Below, piece after piece: positions 18,537 through 31,000 of a stretch of 64,000 bases of DNA. How positions within the stretch are numbered: the first letter of the stretch is position 1; each line of letters opens with the position of its first letter. The position numbers and the translations under genes are program-made. This DNA comes from a virus. The stretch spans positions 32,001 through 96,000 of IMG/VR virus record IMGVR_UViG_3300050343_000117, one strand, 5' to 3'. The notes below the pieces were generated by a model. That model was not told the DNA's origin. It ran no database searches and saw only the letters and a program-made list of their open reading frames with translations.

Positions 18537-20041
18537 TTAAAAGTCCTCTTCTGTATCATCACTATTGGCATTTTCGGATTCGACCTGTTTTGCCATATCT
18601 TCGATGTCCTCATCATTGAACATCATTACATTTTTCATTACCCACTCACGTGAGAAGTATTCACCGACATAACTAGAGATTTGATCCATAGTCTGTAGAC
18701 GTTCACGCAGTAGTTCCGCGTCTTTCATCTCAGTGAAATGGTTGTCCCTAGAGAAGTCAACCTGAATTTGGTTCTTCCAAGCTTCCCAGTCCTGTTCAGT
18801 GCATATTCCTTTTAACAACAAGTTGCTTCTTTAGAATACCGATGAATAAACTGGGCAAACTTTTTACGCAGACGGTCAATGAACTTTTGGAACTTGACTT
18901 CGTCACGGTTGATCTCTGTTGTACGACCCAAAGAGAACTGAGACTCTTGCTCTAAACGCGATAGAGGTACGTTCAATGAACGATACAACTTCTTTTGAAA
19001 ATAAATGATATCGTCAATCTGACCTAGGTTTTCTCCGCCTGGTAATGTGCTTATCTCTGTGCCACGACCACCTTCTCGACGTGGTAACCAGAAGTCTTCG
19101 AGCATTGACATGTGCTTACGGTCATCTTTGATTTCACCATTGTTCGCATCATAAACAATCTTGTTACGATATCGAGACATGATGTCTTTAATATGTTGTT
19201 CCGCCTTACCCTTTGGTAAGTTACCCACGTCAATATAGAATATACGACGTTCGGGTGCACGTGCGAGACGATAGATGACCAATGAGTCTTCCATCATACG
19301 CAACTGGTTTACGGGTTTCATTGCCTTCTGTAGATACGACAGTACACGTTTCTTACTGGTGTCTAGAAGACCTGAAGTGACATACGAAACAGAATCCGAA
19401 GTTAACTTGATGCCGTTATTCGCACCGGCACGTTCCTGATAGATGTAGAAATCGTTAGTTTTGTCTACGACCTTTGCACCTGTCTTCGCATCCTTTTTAT
19501 ATTGCACCTCTTTTACTTTACGAATCTTAGTTGCATCAACAGGGCGTACCTCTTGAATACCTGCTTTTAGATTCGTGTCATTCACTACTAGGTGATGATA
19601 GATTCGTCCGTCGACATACCATGAACGGAACATATCGTGACCATACTCTTCGAAGTTCAACATGGAGACAACTCCATCGAACTCTTCTGTGATAGTCTTT
19701 TTGATTTTGTCTGAGTAGTATCAACCTTGTCTAGATTGATAGTGACGGAGCTTTCTAGTTCGGACGAAACGATTGCTTCGTTGATGATATCTTCGATTGC
19801 AGCATCACACTCTGGGTGTTCTGCCATACTGACGATATTTCTTGATTAATTCTTGGTTGTCCTTCGCAGCAGTGCCTTCCATGTCGACATACTGACCGAA
19901 GTACGAACCTGAGGCAGTGACGTATCCAGCGCCGTCCTCATCCACCTTCGGGACGATGGAAGGAGCTTTCTCGTTTTCTTGATTTAGTTTCTGAACCTTT
20001 TTTAGCTCAAACCCAAATGCTTGGAATACATTGTCTGCCAT
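18537..20041 (-). CDS. 20: Portal protein gp20 (frameshifted)
   Basis: 'NQLRMMEDSLVIYRLARAPERRIFYIDVGNLPKGKAEQ', 'EDFWLPRREGGRGTEISTLPGG'. Confidence 0.96.
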
Positions 20042-20103
20042 ATTAACCTCTTATAATAAATTGGGGGTGGAGAACCACCCCCGTCATATTACTTATAATA
20101 CCT

Positions 20104-20636
20104 TTAACTAGTGGTATTTGACTCCCAGTACTGAATTTGAGAATGCTACTTCGAACTCTTCGACAGCATCGTTAGTCTCGTATGACTTAGCTCAATCGAT
20201 GACCAACACTGTTAGGAAAACAACCACGGAACTTGTATGTCTTTAGTACACTGAACCATCCTTATCTAGTTGTTCTACAACTAGGTCCGCTTGATATCCG
20301 ACTGGATTAGTAATCCCCGAATTCGCACTATGACCGTTGATTCCGTTCATCCATCGTTCCATTGCGTCACGTACTTCAAAATCGGTATCGTTCAATATGT
20401 TACTGTCCATCGGTTCGAAAGTACGATCACCTGCGATCTTTAGAACTGACGACCACGGAAAGGTACATCAATTACCGCCATGTTGATGCTGGTAATTGTG
20501 CAGCTTTACACATGAAAGATGTTAGTTCAACATCACCACCGGCGTACGCTGGGAAGTTTACGGTTGCGCGGAATAAGTTAGCACGCGCACCACCACCTTT
20601 TAGTTTTGCTTTGAAATCATCTACTCTTAATGACAT
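20104..20636 (-). CDS. 19: Tail tube protein gp19 (several indels, so absent from the ORF track)
   Basis: Read by eye: 'MSLRVDDFKAKLKGGGARANLFR...FRGR...AGDRTFEPW...ERWMNGIN...VEQLDKDG...QYWESNTTS*'. Confidence 0.88.
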
Positions 20637-20648
20637 GATTATTTCCCC

Positions 20649-22211
20649 TTATACTGTGCCAACGACTTCTTCAAACTCAACACCAGTTCGAACAGCTACG
20701 AAGTTTAGAGTTACGTAGTTGATTGAACGTGCTGGTTTGATGAAGCAAGATGCAATAAATTCGTTGCGGTCAACAACTTCTGGAGTATTGTTTGTATCAT
20801 CACAAACAACACGGAAGTCAGTGATACCACGACGACCCTGAATTTCACGTAGGAATGGTTCTACGATGTTGACGAACTCTGCACGAGTAAACTCATCGTT
20901 GAATTCAAACATTACGTTTCTCCAGCGCGACTAATCGCTCGTTCGATGACTAGGAATAGTCGACGAACGTTGATTCGATCGAATGCAGATGGACGTGAAT
21001 AGGTGAGTCTTGTCACCATACAGCATAATGCCCTGGCCAGGCATGCTGACGATTGGGTTGATACGCCCGACTTGTACATAACATCACGTTCTGTTTTGCT
21101 TGGGTTAACTAGTACCTCTGTGACACCTACGTATTGACCGCGGCGTGAACCTGCTGGTGAGAACCAAGGAGCAGAGACTGCATCTGTTGCAGCCATAACA
21201 CCCGCTGTTGAAGATGCTGCTGGAATCCATTCATACTTATCTTCGTATTTGTTGTAAACTTTGATGTGGTTACCATCAACAATTAGATAAGAAGAATTTT
21301 CTGACAAAGCAGAAACATAACTTCCAATACCGGCCGAAATACTGTCATTTAAAAGATCTTGATATTTCACGGATGCTACCGCAACACAATCTTTTCGTTG
21401 CACTGCAATCGAGTTTAAGTATTTGTGGATACTTGGAGCATTGAACTGTGCACCAGCTGGAGCAATTAGGAAATCGATTTGAATGTTTTCTTTGTTTGCG
21501 AATGCGTCATATCCCGTAGTGTACTCACCTTGTGAGAGTTGTCCGTTGCTATCACCACCTGCCAATTGGTATTCACCTAAAATAGGTGCTGAGTCTATAT
21601 TACCCGCTCCGTCGTCGAAGTCTACTGTTGCAACAGTAACCCAAGATGATTGTGAATTGATAACGTCAAGTACAAAGTTGTTAGAACCGTTTTCTAGTCT
21701 AGCACCCTGTTCAACAGATAAAAATTCAAACTGTTCTAGAACCGTGTGTGGAGTAGTTGAACTGTCAACAACAATGACGTGAATCTCGTTTTTAGAATCG
21801 TCTGGAGCTGATGAGAATTGCGATTCGTAATCCCATCCTGAAAATTCCGCTCCACCAGCAACAGAGACAAGAATGTTATCTCCAAGTTTGCCTGGATTTC
21901 TTTGCGGTAAATAGACCGAACGAAGCATATGCTTGATCATCACTTCCGGCACGAACAACGTACAGAGAAGAAGAATATTTTAGGAAATACGAAGCGGAGA
22001 GAAAATCTCCGGAGTACGCATCACCCATGTCTGGAGTGCCAAAGACAGCAGCCAGTTCAGATTCGTTACCGACTAGAACAGGTGTGTTTACTGGTCCCCA
22101 ATTAAAGTCACCTACAATAGCGCCAGTTGTAGAAGTGACCGAAGGTACTGTGCCTGTTAGGTCAATTTCTTTTATCTGAACTGCTGGTGACTCGGAGAAT
22201 TTAAGAGTCAT
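20649..22211 (-). CDS. 18: Tail sheath protein gp18 (frameshifted)
   Basis: 'SPAVQIKEIDLT', 'PWFSPAG.RRG', 'SAFDRINVRRLF', 'FEFNDEFTR...IKPARSINYVTLNFVA'. Confidence 0.96.
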
Positions 22212-22275
22212 AATAGTGTCCTTTTAGTTAAGGTATAATAAGTTAAACATAATACGGAAAATAAATCAATGTATC

Positions 22276-22283
22276 TATTTATA
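22276..22283 (-). promoter_or_regulatory. T4-type late promoter (gp18)
   Basis: TATAAATA. Confidence 0.8.
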
Positions 22284-22295
22284 CTTTCCGGAAGT

Positions 22296-23903
22296 TTACC
22301 ATTCATTAGGGTTATAGTCAGTCCAATCCATGCTATATGGGTCGGACAAGTCTGAAAGAGGAACATAATCACTACCATCATCGATTATTCCGAACGGTGG
22401 TATATCATCCTCAATTTCTTTCATACGTTGATCAAATAACATCTGTTTGATATCCACGTCAGCAACATTACCAAATGATTGCGTCCCAACAAAGTATCCA
22501 AACATTACTAGATTCATCATTAAGTCATCATGATTACCATCACTGGCCTCAAATGATGTTCCTCTGGATACAAACGTAGATATCTCCATGATAGTATTCT
22601 CATCAACAATATCTAGTTTGTGGCCTTCGATAATATCCTTAATTGAAGAGCATCCTATTCTCTTTACCTTCCTGTCCATACGGATACCGATAGCATCTGC
22701 TTTGACCGCAGACTCTAGGTGAATATTCTCATATTCTAGATCCTGATAAAGACCTACGCACACTACCATACCTTGGTCATTATTCTCTACGACGACATAC
22801 GCCTCATTGTATATTGTTGCATACTTGTATATAATGTTAGGATATAGTATAGGTGATATTCTATTGTTACGATATACACAAACCTGTCTGAAAGGTTGTA
22901 CCGATACATCAATTATATTAAATGTAGAATAATCCTGACCCCGCCCTTGACAAACATCGACAGTCATGATATACTGGTGTTCTTCAATAGGTTCTTGATA
23001 CACTAAAAGATCTCCACCTTCATATCGATGGATAGGTTCTCTGGCACGTAAGTCAAGCAACACTTGACCCTCAATAAGAGTATTACCAGTACCAAAGAAA
23101 GTATTACCAAACTCTTGGTCAAACTGCAACTGGGAAGTGTTAGCAATAGTCTGTGCTTTCCACTTATCATCTCGGCCAGGAACATCCCACCAGTCAACAC
23201 GGAATGGTTTGTATTCATTGACCTTCTGTACCGCACCTTCCCATAGTTTCTGATACGTGTTACCTATACCGTTCGCAGTACTTGTTATGATAACTTTTGT
23301 ATCTTTACCAGATGAGATTACTGGATACGTAGATGTGTAGAACTCTGCGGCATTCTCTACAAACGCAAACTCATCTAGGAATAGAAGGTTGACCGACATA
23401 CCACGAATGGATGACCCAGAAGTTGCCGCAGCAATGATGCGAGAGTTGTTAGAGAACTCGATAGAACCTTTGTTCAGTGCTTTACACCCAGGCTGCAAGA
23501 AGAACGGAAGATTCTCTAACATGAGTGTTACACGAGATAACATCTCACGTGCGGTGGCACCTTTGTTTGCAAGGATTGCGATGGTCTTTTCAGGATGGAA
23601 TAGTGTATACCATAGAAGGTATCCTACAGAGGAAATTGATTTGCCTGACTGTCGACATGCTAGAACAATAGAGAATCGATTATCATTGAAGTGGTCAAAC
23701 ATCTTCTCCTGATAATCGTACAGTTTGAATGGCACTAGACCTTTATCTAGGTGCACGACCTTAACGTACTTCTTACAGAAATACGAAGGGTTCTCCATAC
23801 ATTTTTTATATTCGCGGAGTTTCTTTTTGTCCCACTCCTCTGCAACACCATCTCGTTTGACTTGTGGGTTACCTAGATAGGAATTCTTAGTATAGGATGT
23901 CAT
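22296..23903 (-). CDS. 17: Terminase large subunit gp17
   Basis: 'YLGNP', 'RQSGKS', 'LFLDEFAFV', 'STANG', 'GNHDDLMM'. Confidence 0.98.
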   Translation of the reverse strand: MTSYTKNSYLGNPQVKRDGVAEEWDKKKLREYKKCMENPSYFCKKYVKVVHLDKGLVPFKLYDYQEKMFDHFNDNRFSIVLACRQSGKSISSVGYLLWYTLFHPEKTIAILANKGATAREMLSRVTLMLENLPFFLQPGCKALNKGSIEFSNNSRIIAAATSGSSIRGMSVNLLFLDEFAFVENAAEFYTSTYPVISSGKDTKVIITSTANGIGNTYQKLWEGAVQKVNEYKPFRVDWWDVPGRDDKWKAQTIANTSQLQFDQEFGNTFFGTGNTLIEGQVLLDLRAREPIHRYEGGDLLVYQEPIEEHQYIMTVDVCQGRGQDYSTFNIIDVSVQPFRQVCVYRNNRISPILYPNIIYKYATIYNEAYVVVENNDQGMVVCVGLYQDLEYENIHLESAVKADAIGIRMDRKVKRIGCSSIKDIIEGHKLDIVDENTIMEISTFVSRGTSFEASDGNHDDLMMNLVMFGYFVGTQSFGNVADVDIKQMLFDQRMKEIEDDIPPFGIIDDGSDYVPLSDLSDPYSMDWTDYNPNEW

Positions 23904-24283
23904 TCATCTGAGTCTTGATCAATTACTTTCTCATCTCCCAACAGCATACGCTGAAGGTCTGTAGTGGAACCGACGAATAGATTATTATTAGTAGTAGTAG
24001 AATCGGCAGGTTTGTCTTCTTTGGTGAGTTCTTTCTGCTTTTTGTTGAGGTCCATCAACTTGTCATTGACATCTGCGATGCCTTTGATCATACCAGATAG
24101 AACCTCAAACGCACGAGGATGTTCACTCTCACGTGCGACTTCTATCATGAGTTCTAGAGACTCACGACCTTTTTCAATTAGGTCATAATAAGTATCACGA
24201 GAGTACTCATAGTCTTGTTCGTGGACGAAGTTCTTTTTCTGTTCTTCGTCAAATACAGCTGGCGGTTTACTGTTGTCTCTCAT
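23900..24283 (-). CDS. 16: Terminase small subunit gp16
   Basis: 'DYEYSR...LIEKG...ARESEHPRAFEV...NNNLFVGSTTDLQRML'. Confidence 0.95.
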   Translation of the reverse strand: MRDNSKPPAVFDEEQKKNFVHEQDYEYSRDTYYDLIEKGRESLELMIEVARESEHPRAFEVLSGMIKGIADVNDKLMDLNKKQKELTKEDKPADSTTTNNNLFVGSTTDLQRMLLGDEKVIDQDSDE

Positions 24284-24299
24284 AATATATATCTATGTC

Positions 24300-26336
24300 T
24301 TATATAAAGTTAGGCTTCGGTAACGTCCAACTCGACGCACCGTTATCAAACTGATCATATGAAGTCACACTAGACACGTCCCATCCACTCAAATCTTGGT
24401 TGAATGATGTTGCGTTCTCGAACATCTCACCCATATCTGTTACACTAGATGTGTCCCAGTTGGCGATGTCTGCGCTTCCGTTATTGCTGAACGAAGGACA
24501 GTCTTGGAACATTTCGTTCATAGTGTCCACGTTAGATACGTTCCAAGCACCGATGTTGATGTCAAAGTCTTCGTTCTCTTCAAACATCTCTGACATATCT
24601 TTGACATTAGAAACATCCCATCCACCGATATCTGCACCGAAAGGAGCTGGAACACCAGTCCACACAGAACCAGCAACGGCAAACATTCCTGACATATTGA
24701 CAGCACTTCCTGTGTTCCAACTAGAAATATCTGAGTTTGTTACTGTGGCATTGAAATAAGTATTTTTGAACGTGTCGTAGAAACTAATCACATTAGACAC
24801 ATCCCAACTACCGACACCTTGACCCGTAAATTCAGATGCATCAAACATATCTGCCATTGTTCTTGCGTTAGAAGTGTCCCATCCGCTTAGGTCTTGATCG
24901 AATGAAGATTCGGTGAAGGTTTGATCAAATCTGAATACAGCTGAGGTGTCCCAACTACCAATAGGTTGGTTGAAGACGTCATTGGCATAAAACATTGACT
25001 GTAAAATTACACCGTGGACACCAGCGCTGCTCAGTGGGTAACCACCTGTCGGAGCGTAATCGTCCCAATCATGCATGTAATCAAAGTCTGAGTAAGTGTT
25101 TTGATTGATTGTGACACCAGAGTCCGTCCAGTAAGACGCAACTACGTCAGTGATAGGTGTGGTTTTATCTGCACAAATAGTCCATCCACTAATGTCCTGA
25201 TTGAATACTGCTTCACGGAACATAGATGTGAAGTCTCTATTTTTAGAAACTTCCCACCCAGTAATATCACTCGTGTTAGATGCAAAGTTTGACTCTCTAA
25301 GCATCTCTCTTGCGGTTACGACTTCGGACATATCTAAATTGGTGATATTCGCACTACCCAAAGTAGATGACTGCGAAGACTCATCGAAGAACATCCAGTC
25401 GGTATGCATCAATGGCTCATCTGAAGTGAAACCTACGTTTGGAGTCCAAGTGTATCCCGGCGGAGCGTAATGAGTCCTCCAATCGATGGATGTCGGGTCG
25501 TTTGTTACACCTTCGATACTATATGAGTATACTGTTGGTGGTTCTGGTATATACCTAGGACCATCCGGTGAAAAACTTGTTACTTGTGTATTAAACCCAT
25601 AGTCTCCGTCTGGACTAACATCTATAGGATCTGGGGTTGTATTTACAATAGATCCCGCAGTATCTTCTGGATCATCTATAAGATTCAGGTTCGTGTTCAC
25701 CTCACGGATAATAGGTCCTGTGTTCTCTGGCCCATAGAAGTTGACTTTCATTTCAAACGTCAATGTGTATACGATCGTCCGTCTTTGCTCAATCGCACCT
25801 TCATAATCATCAGCAAAGTCTAGTCCTGATAATATGACAGGGACATCTTCCTTTATGTCTGGTTCATCAGCAAAAGGTTTTACGGTCAACGTGTATTGTG
25901 GTGCGAAGTATGGTATAATTTGCTCTACGACTTGTAGTGCATCATCCTGAGATTTGGCATATACTGATAGAGAGAATCCTACGGTGTAAGGAACTCCGAC
26001 ATAGATCTTTCTCTTAGATCCGGTCTCAGTAGATATAACAGATCCAAATCCATTAACTTTAGGCAACTGTCGTGTTGCATCATATGCGATAGAAGAAATT
26101 TCGAAAGACATACGAGGAAGCTTTACAGCAACTCTTCTTTCTGCACTTTCTCCGTTCTCCATTTCAGATAGACGTTCTAAGAATGACCTTTTAGGAGCAT
26201 AGGATAATGGTACTTTAACCTGTGACAATACTTTACCGTTCGAGTCTGTTCTCAAAACATGTATGTCATCGAACATTGAACCGAATACGGCAACGCATGT
26301 ACGAACGCGTTTGTGGTAGAAGTGTCCTCCCATCAT
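24300..26336 (-). CDS. 15: Tail sheath stabiliser gp15 with a C-terminal BspA/DUF285-type surface-repeat domain
   Basis: N-terminal ~250 aa 'HFYHKRVR...FGSMF...KVPLSYAPK...LPRMSFE...QIIPYFAP'; C-terminal repeats 'FNQDISGW', 'FNQPIGSWDTSAV', 'WDVSNVKDMSEMF'. Confidence 0.9.
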   Translation of the reverse strand: MMGGHFYHKRVRTCVAVFGSMFDDIHVLRTDSNGKVLSQVKVPLSYAPKRSFLERLSEMENGESAERRVAVKLPRMSFEISSIAYDATRQLPKVNGFGSVISTETGSKRKIYVGVPYTVGFSLSVYAKSQDDALQVVEQIIPYFAPQYTLTVKPFADEPDIKEDVPVILSGLDFADDYEGAIEQRRTIVYTLTFEMKVNFYGPENTGPIIREVNTNLNLIDDPEDTAGSIVNTTPDPIDVSPDGDYGFNTQVTSFSPDGPRYIPEPPTVYSYSIEGVTNDPTSIDWRTHYAPPGYTWTPNVGFTSDEPLMHTDWMFFDESSQSSTLGSANITNLDMSEVVTAREMLRESNFASNTSDITGWEVSKNRDFTSMFREAVFNQDISGWTICADKTTPITDVVASYWTDSGVTINQNTYSDFDYMHDWDDYAPTGGYPLSSAGVHGVILQSMFYANDVFNQPIGSWDTSAVFRFDQTFTESSFDQDLSGWDTSNARTMADMFDASEFTGQGVGSWDVSNVISFYDTFKNTYFNATVTNSDISSWNTGSAVNMSGMFAVAGSVWTGVPAPFGADIGGWDVSNVKDMSEMFEENEDFDINIGAWNVSNVDTMNEMFQDCPSFSNNGSADIANWDTSSVTDMGEMFENATSFNQDLSGWDVSSVTSYDQFDNGASSWTLPKPNFI

Positions 26337-27211
26337 TACGATATATCTCCAAATGGGTTGGTCTCAGTGAAATCGACAAAGTCATTTGCGAAGTCGTCAA
26401 ACACTTCATTCTGTGACAGTGGTTGAATTTCGTTTATACCTTCGTTTATGGTGACTAAATTAAATGAAGCATACATTCCGATAACTGGCATATCAGTTGT
26501 CCATAGATGGAATTTACCATCTGTAGCGCCAGTATGTGCTATAGTCAACAATCGAGTTTGACTGTTGAATGATGTGACCTCTCCTTCTATTCGATAATCA
26601 CCAAAGTCTTGATAAACCTTTTCGCCCGGATAGTAGTAGTTATCTTCACCTGTATTTTCCATAACCAATTCGTATTGGAATGCGTGTTCACGTTCAACAC
26701 GATCAATAGCATCGATACCAGTGTCAAAATCTTCATCCGAAAACTCGAACAACTCGCAAGTCATACGGAATTGTGGTAACTGGGATAATTGATAGAACGG
26801 TGATTCAGTCTCGACCTTCTTGACCTCAAATAGAGATTCAGACAATGGGAGATATATCACATCACCCTCTCTAGGGCGGAATTGCGCTTCTGATAGACGA
26901 TCACCAATGAGCTGTCTCCATCGACGACGTGCAATAACAAAGGTTGCTTGGTCTCTTAGTTCAATACCAAACTTGGTGAATAGGTCTCCGTCACCTTCAA
27001 ACGATTCACCGTTTTCGATGTAGACTTCGACTTTATATGCGTCAGAGAATTGAGACTCAATAGAATCTAGGAAGATCTCTTCTCTCTCAACAACTTCTCT
27101 CGGCAAGTAATATACGTCTTGACCATAGAATTGGATTGCTTCTATTAAAAGATCTTCGTAGAGGTTTTGTTCTTCTCTATGCTTTAAACTGATATATGGA
27201 TTAGTTGCCAT
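26336..27211 (-). CDS. 14: Neck protein gp14
   Basis: 'EQNLYEDLLIEAIQFYGQDVYYLPRE', 'RPREGDVIY', 'DFTETNPFG'. Confidence 0.95.
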   Translation of the reverse strand: MATNPYISLKHREEQNLYEDLLIEAIQFYGQDVYYLPREVVEREEIFLDSIESQFSDAYKVEVYIENGESFEGDGDLFTKFGIELRDQATFVIARRRWRQLIGDRLSEAQFRPREGDVIYLPLSESLFEVKKVETESPFYQLSQLPQFRMTCELFEFSDEDFDTGIDAIDRVEREHAFQYELVMENTGEDNYYYPGEKVYQDFGDYRIEGEVTSFNSQTRLLTIAHTGATDGKFHLWTTDMPVIGMYASFNLVTINEGINEIQPLSQNEVFDDFANDFVDFTETNPFGDIS

Positions 27212-27214
27212 GTC

Positions 27215-27985
27215 TTACCCCATGAAGAACATCGGACCTTCGTCTTCTTCGTTACGGAATTTTTCCATCATTCGTTCGATGTCTGCTAGCGCATCTTCAT
27301 ATATTAGACGAGCATTAACGGTCACCCCGCCAGGCAATGCCATACCATCAAATTTAATTAGGTTGGTGCCCCATTGACGCTTGATCAATGCGGTTGCATA
27401 TTCTTTTAGGAATCGGTGATTCCATAGCGAGTTATATTCGTTTACTGTTTCGTCTGGATTACGAATACCATAAACCTCAAAGATAACATAGTCATCTACT
27501 TTAAGGTTCGTTTTGGAAACATGTAAATTAACACGATTATATTGTCTGTCAAATGTAATCTGAGGTGTACCACCTAGTTTCATATCTAATAGTGCTAGAT
27601 TTTGTTGCATCTGTTCATAGTGCGCAAGGTCACCTAGCATACCCCCTTGACGGGTAAAGTCAGAAATGGTATATGCCATCAACTGCCATGCATCACTGAA
27701 CCATCCGGTATGAGCATTTCCAAATGTCATAGGGATCATACGAACGATGGCGGAAAGATCTAGATCGTCACTAAAATCCACATACTGATTATCGACATCG
27801 GTCTGAGTCAATTGGTGCTTTAGATAGTATCGTTTAGATCCATCTGGATGATGTTCACGGAACCACTGCAACGCCTCATCAATTCGGTCGTCGAGTTGTT
27901 CTTCGTCAATGTTGACTTCAACTACCGGATGCCCTAAGGCACGCAGGCAGTAATCAATCAATTCTTCTCTACTTGTTGAATACAT
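27215..27985 (-). CDS. 13: Neck protein gp13
   Basis: 'LIDYCLRALGHPVVEVNIDEEQLDDRIDEALQ', 'KRQWGTNLIKF.G..LPGGVT.N'. Confidence 0.95.
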   Translation of the reverse strand: MYSTSREELIDYCLRALGHPVVEVNIDEEQLDDRIDEALQWFREHHPDGSKRYYLKHQLTQTDVDNQYVDFSDDLDLSAIVRMIPMTFGNAHTGWFSDAWQLMAYTISDFTRQGGMLGDLAHYEQMQQNLALLDMKLGGTPQITFDRQYNRVNLHVSKTNLKVDDYVIFEVYGIRNPDETVNEYNSLWNHRFLKEYATALIKRQWGTNLIKFDGMALPGGVTVNARLIYEDALADIERMMEKFRNEEDEGPMFFMG

Positions 27986-28013
27986 TACTATAGTCCAGTA
28001 TTAGTTACCCTTC

Positions 28014-28033
28014 TATTTATACGTTTATTTATA
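28014..28033 (-). promoter_or_regulatory. Tandem T4-type late promoters (gp13)
   Basis: TATAAATA at 28014-28021 and 28026-28033. Confidence 0.8.
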
Positions 28034-28047
28034 CGTAAAATAAACAT

Positions 28048-28073
28048 AAAAAAAGGGGACCGAAGTCCCCTTT
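28048..28073 (-). terminator. Rho-independent terminator
   Basis: GGGGAC-TTCG-GTCCCC followed by a T-tract. Confidence 0.9.
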
Positions 28074-28095
28074 CATATCTTGGTCGAAACCTAGA

Positions 28096-31000
28096 TTAGT
28101 TTACAATAGTACCATTCACATCGTATACATCGATACGATAGTGAGATGGTGCCGCGCCACCTAGTTTGTCAGCGTCATCTGAAGCAACAGACTCAGCAAC
28201 ACGTAGTGAAGACTCAGCTTCTACTTCGTCAACCTTGATCTCACCAGTTACAGATGAGTAAGTGATGCACAGACCACCAGATAGACAATCTTTAGTACGT
28301 TGTTCTGTCCAGTACTTGTTGATTGATCCTTCTGAGACGTTATCAGTATTCCACGCTTCGATTGCAACTACACCAGATTCTAGTGCAGAGATGCGACCAG
28401 TGTTAGAGTTGACAACACCTGTGATCGAACCATCAGCAGATTGGAATGCAGCAACGATTTCTGTTAGAGAATCTAGTGACGCTGGGTCAGTGTTCTCTTT
28501 GATGAAATCGAGTTGCGTCTGAAGACCAGTGTCCGCGTTTTGACGATCAATGACTTCTTGTGCAAGGTCACTAGCGATTTGACCTTCTGCTTGAGTTGCA
28601 CGAGCAACTTCAGTCGAAAGGTCAGAAGTCAACTGAGTATCCGCTGCAGAACGAGTAGCCGCTTCTAAAGAAACTTCAGAAGAGTTTGCATTGTCACCAG
28701 CGATTCGAGCAGCAGTTTCGACAGCAAGAGCAGCCGAATGGTCTGAATCTGTTCCGATTCGAGTGGCCATTTGTGATTGTAGAGTATCGATCTCACCTTC
28801 AGCAGTAGTTAAACGACCATCGTGAGCAGTTACTTGGGTCTGTAGTGCAGCATCACCAGCACCACGTGCAGACTCTTCAGCAGACAAGTCTGTTTCAAGT
28901 GCAGTGATGTTGTTTTCAGCAGTAGTCAATCGACCACCGTTTGCAGTGATAACACCAGATAGATCTGAGTCAGCATTTTCAAACGCAGATACGATCTCAA
29001 CCAATGTGTCTAGAGATGCAGGGGAACCGGCAATAATAGTACCGACCTGATTCTGTAGACCAATGATGTCAGACTCTAGAGCAGCATCAGCAGAACTACG
29101 TGCAGATGTTTCTGACACGATGTTCGCAGCGTTGACTGCTTCCGCAGATGTTGCACGAGCAACTTCAGCAGTAATCTGTGACTGTAGACCAGATACGTCA
29201 CCGGACTGAAGTACTTCAAGAGCGTCTATCTCTGCTTGTAGAGCTGCGTCAGCAGAACTACGTGTACTTGCTTCCGAACTGACGGCCGCAATTCGAGCAG
29301 CAACTTCTGCGTCATGATCAGTTTGACTTGCTTTGGTTCCAATGGATGTTGCTACTGTCGCAGAGAAGTTCGCGTCGTCACCAAGTGCCGCAGCTAGTTC
29401 GTTCAACGTATCCAATGCCGCAGGGGCAGCGTCTACAGTTGCCGCAACAACACCATCAACATACCCTTTGTTAGCAGCTTGTCCAACGTCTGTCGGAGTA
29501 TCAACTCTAACATCCGAACCACTTAGCATGACAATACCGTCTTGGAAGTCGAATGTTCCGCCAGGACCAGTAGCAGTTATTGAACCACCAGATGCAATCT
29601 GAAGTTGATCTGTTGCCAAACGACCACTTACTAGATCAGTCCACTCGTAGTCTGTACCAGTCCACTTGACGAATTCGCCAGCATTAGCAGTAGGAATGTT
29701 TAAGTGTTGGTCGATCTCTGCCTTAGTGGCATTACCGAAACCACCACCAGTGATTGTTGACGAACCGAAGTTTACTATAGAACCTTCGAAATCGACAGTT
29801 CCTGTTTGAACTTTTAGGTCATTCGATTCAATGTGATCAATGAATCCACGAGCAGCATAAACATCATTAGCGTTCTTGATGTTGTTACTATCCATGTCAA
29901 GTTCAGCAGTCATCTGAATATCAGTTGAACCTGAAGATGTGCTGATACCAGAAGTACGTGAGTTTGCAGCAGCAATTGCCGCAGCGTTTGCGACTTCTGC
30001 CGCAGTCGCACGAGCGACTTCTGCGTCATGATCTACTTGACTTGCCTTAGTAGCAATTGAAGTAGTGACAGTTGATGCGAAGTTCGCGTCGTCACCAAGT
30101 GCCGCAGCTAGTTCGTTCAATGTGTCTAGTGCCGCAGGAGCAGCATCTACTGTAGCAGCAACAACCTGATCAGCATATGCCTTGGCATCTGCTTCAGCAG
30201 CGTCTGCTTTCGCGGTTGCGTCAGCGGATGCAGTTGAGATTGCTTCTGACTTAGCAGTAGCGATTGCAGTAGTTAGAGATGAAGTATCTCCAGACTGAGA
30301 TTGAGACAATGTGTCTAGTTCTGCGTGTACTTCGTTAACCGCACCTGCAACAGTCTGAGCAGTAGTGTCTAGTGCAATTATAGATGCACCCTGCTGGAAG
30401 ATTTTAAAGTCGTCGAATGCGACCGCAGTCCCATTGACACCAAAGTAAAAATCTACATATGCATAGGTGACGCCTGCTGGCTGAGGCCAACTGTGGGTTC
30501 TTTGGTGATAGTCTTCCCCAGTACCAGAATATAATAGATTAACCTGATACTCATGAGGATGATCAGCGGTTTCCCACTTGACATCAATACGGTGACCATG
30601 ATTCAAAGGACCAGCAACTTGTTGTACGAACGTATTCAGTTCGTACGTTGCACTTGGCTCTAATCCAGTTAAGACCATTCTTGCGACTGTTCCACCACCA
30701 TTCAGATTTCTGATTATGAAACTCTGACCAGTTTGTCCTTCTTCAATCCATGTCGGCCAAGTTGTATCACCAGTATACGGGCTATTTGACGCAAACTGCG
30801 TACCGTCTGGGTGTGCCGTGATAGTCACGTTCTGTGTTATTGGACTAGAAGAAGTCCAAACAGATGGTGAATATACACTAGGTATTTCTGTATTACCTTC
30901 ACCAACGAATGCGTCTAGTGTTGCAATTGCAGAAGTGTTTGCTCCGATAGATGCTGTCACTGTCGAAGCGAAGTTTGCGTCGTCACCTAGTGCAGCTGCC

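Noticed and set aside
20362-20718. Plus-strand 118-aa ORF in the apparent gap between gp18 and gp20
   Set aside because: The gap is occupied by the indel-broken gp19 tail tube gene on the minus strand
6853-22211. Numerous frameshifts in gp46, gp47, gp55, uvsW, uvsY, gp20, gp19 and gp18 (also near 31930, 51690 and 57675) read as programmed frameshifting or pseudogenes
   Set aside because: They are scattered single-base indels in essential genes whose sequences are otherwise well conserved, with no shared slippery motif. Sequencing or assembly error is the simplest explanation; raw reads would settle it.
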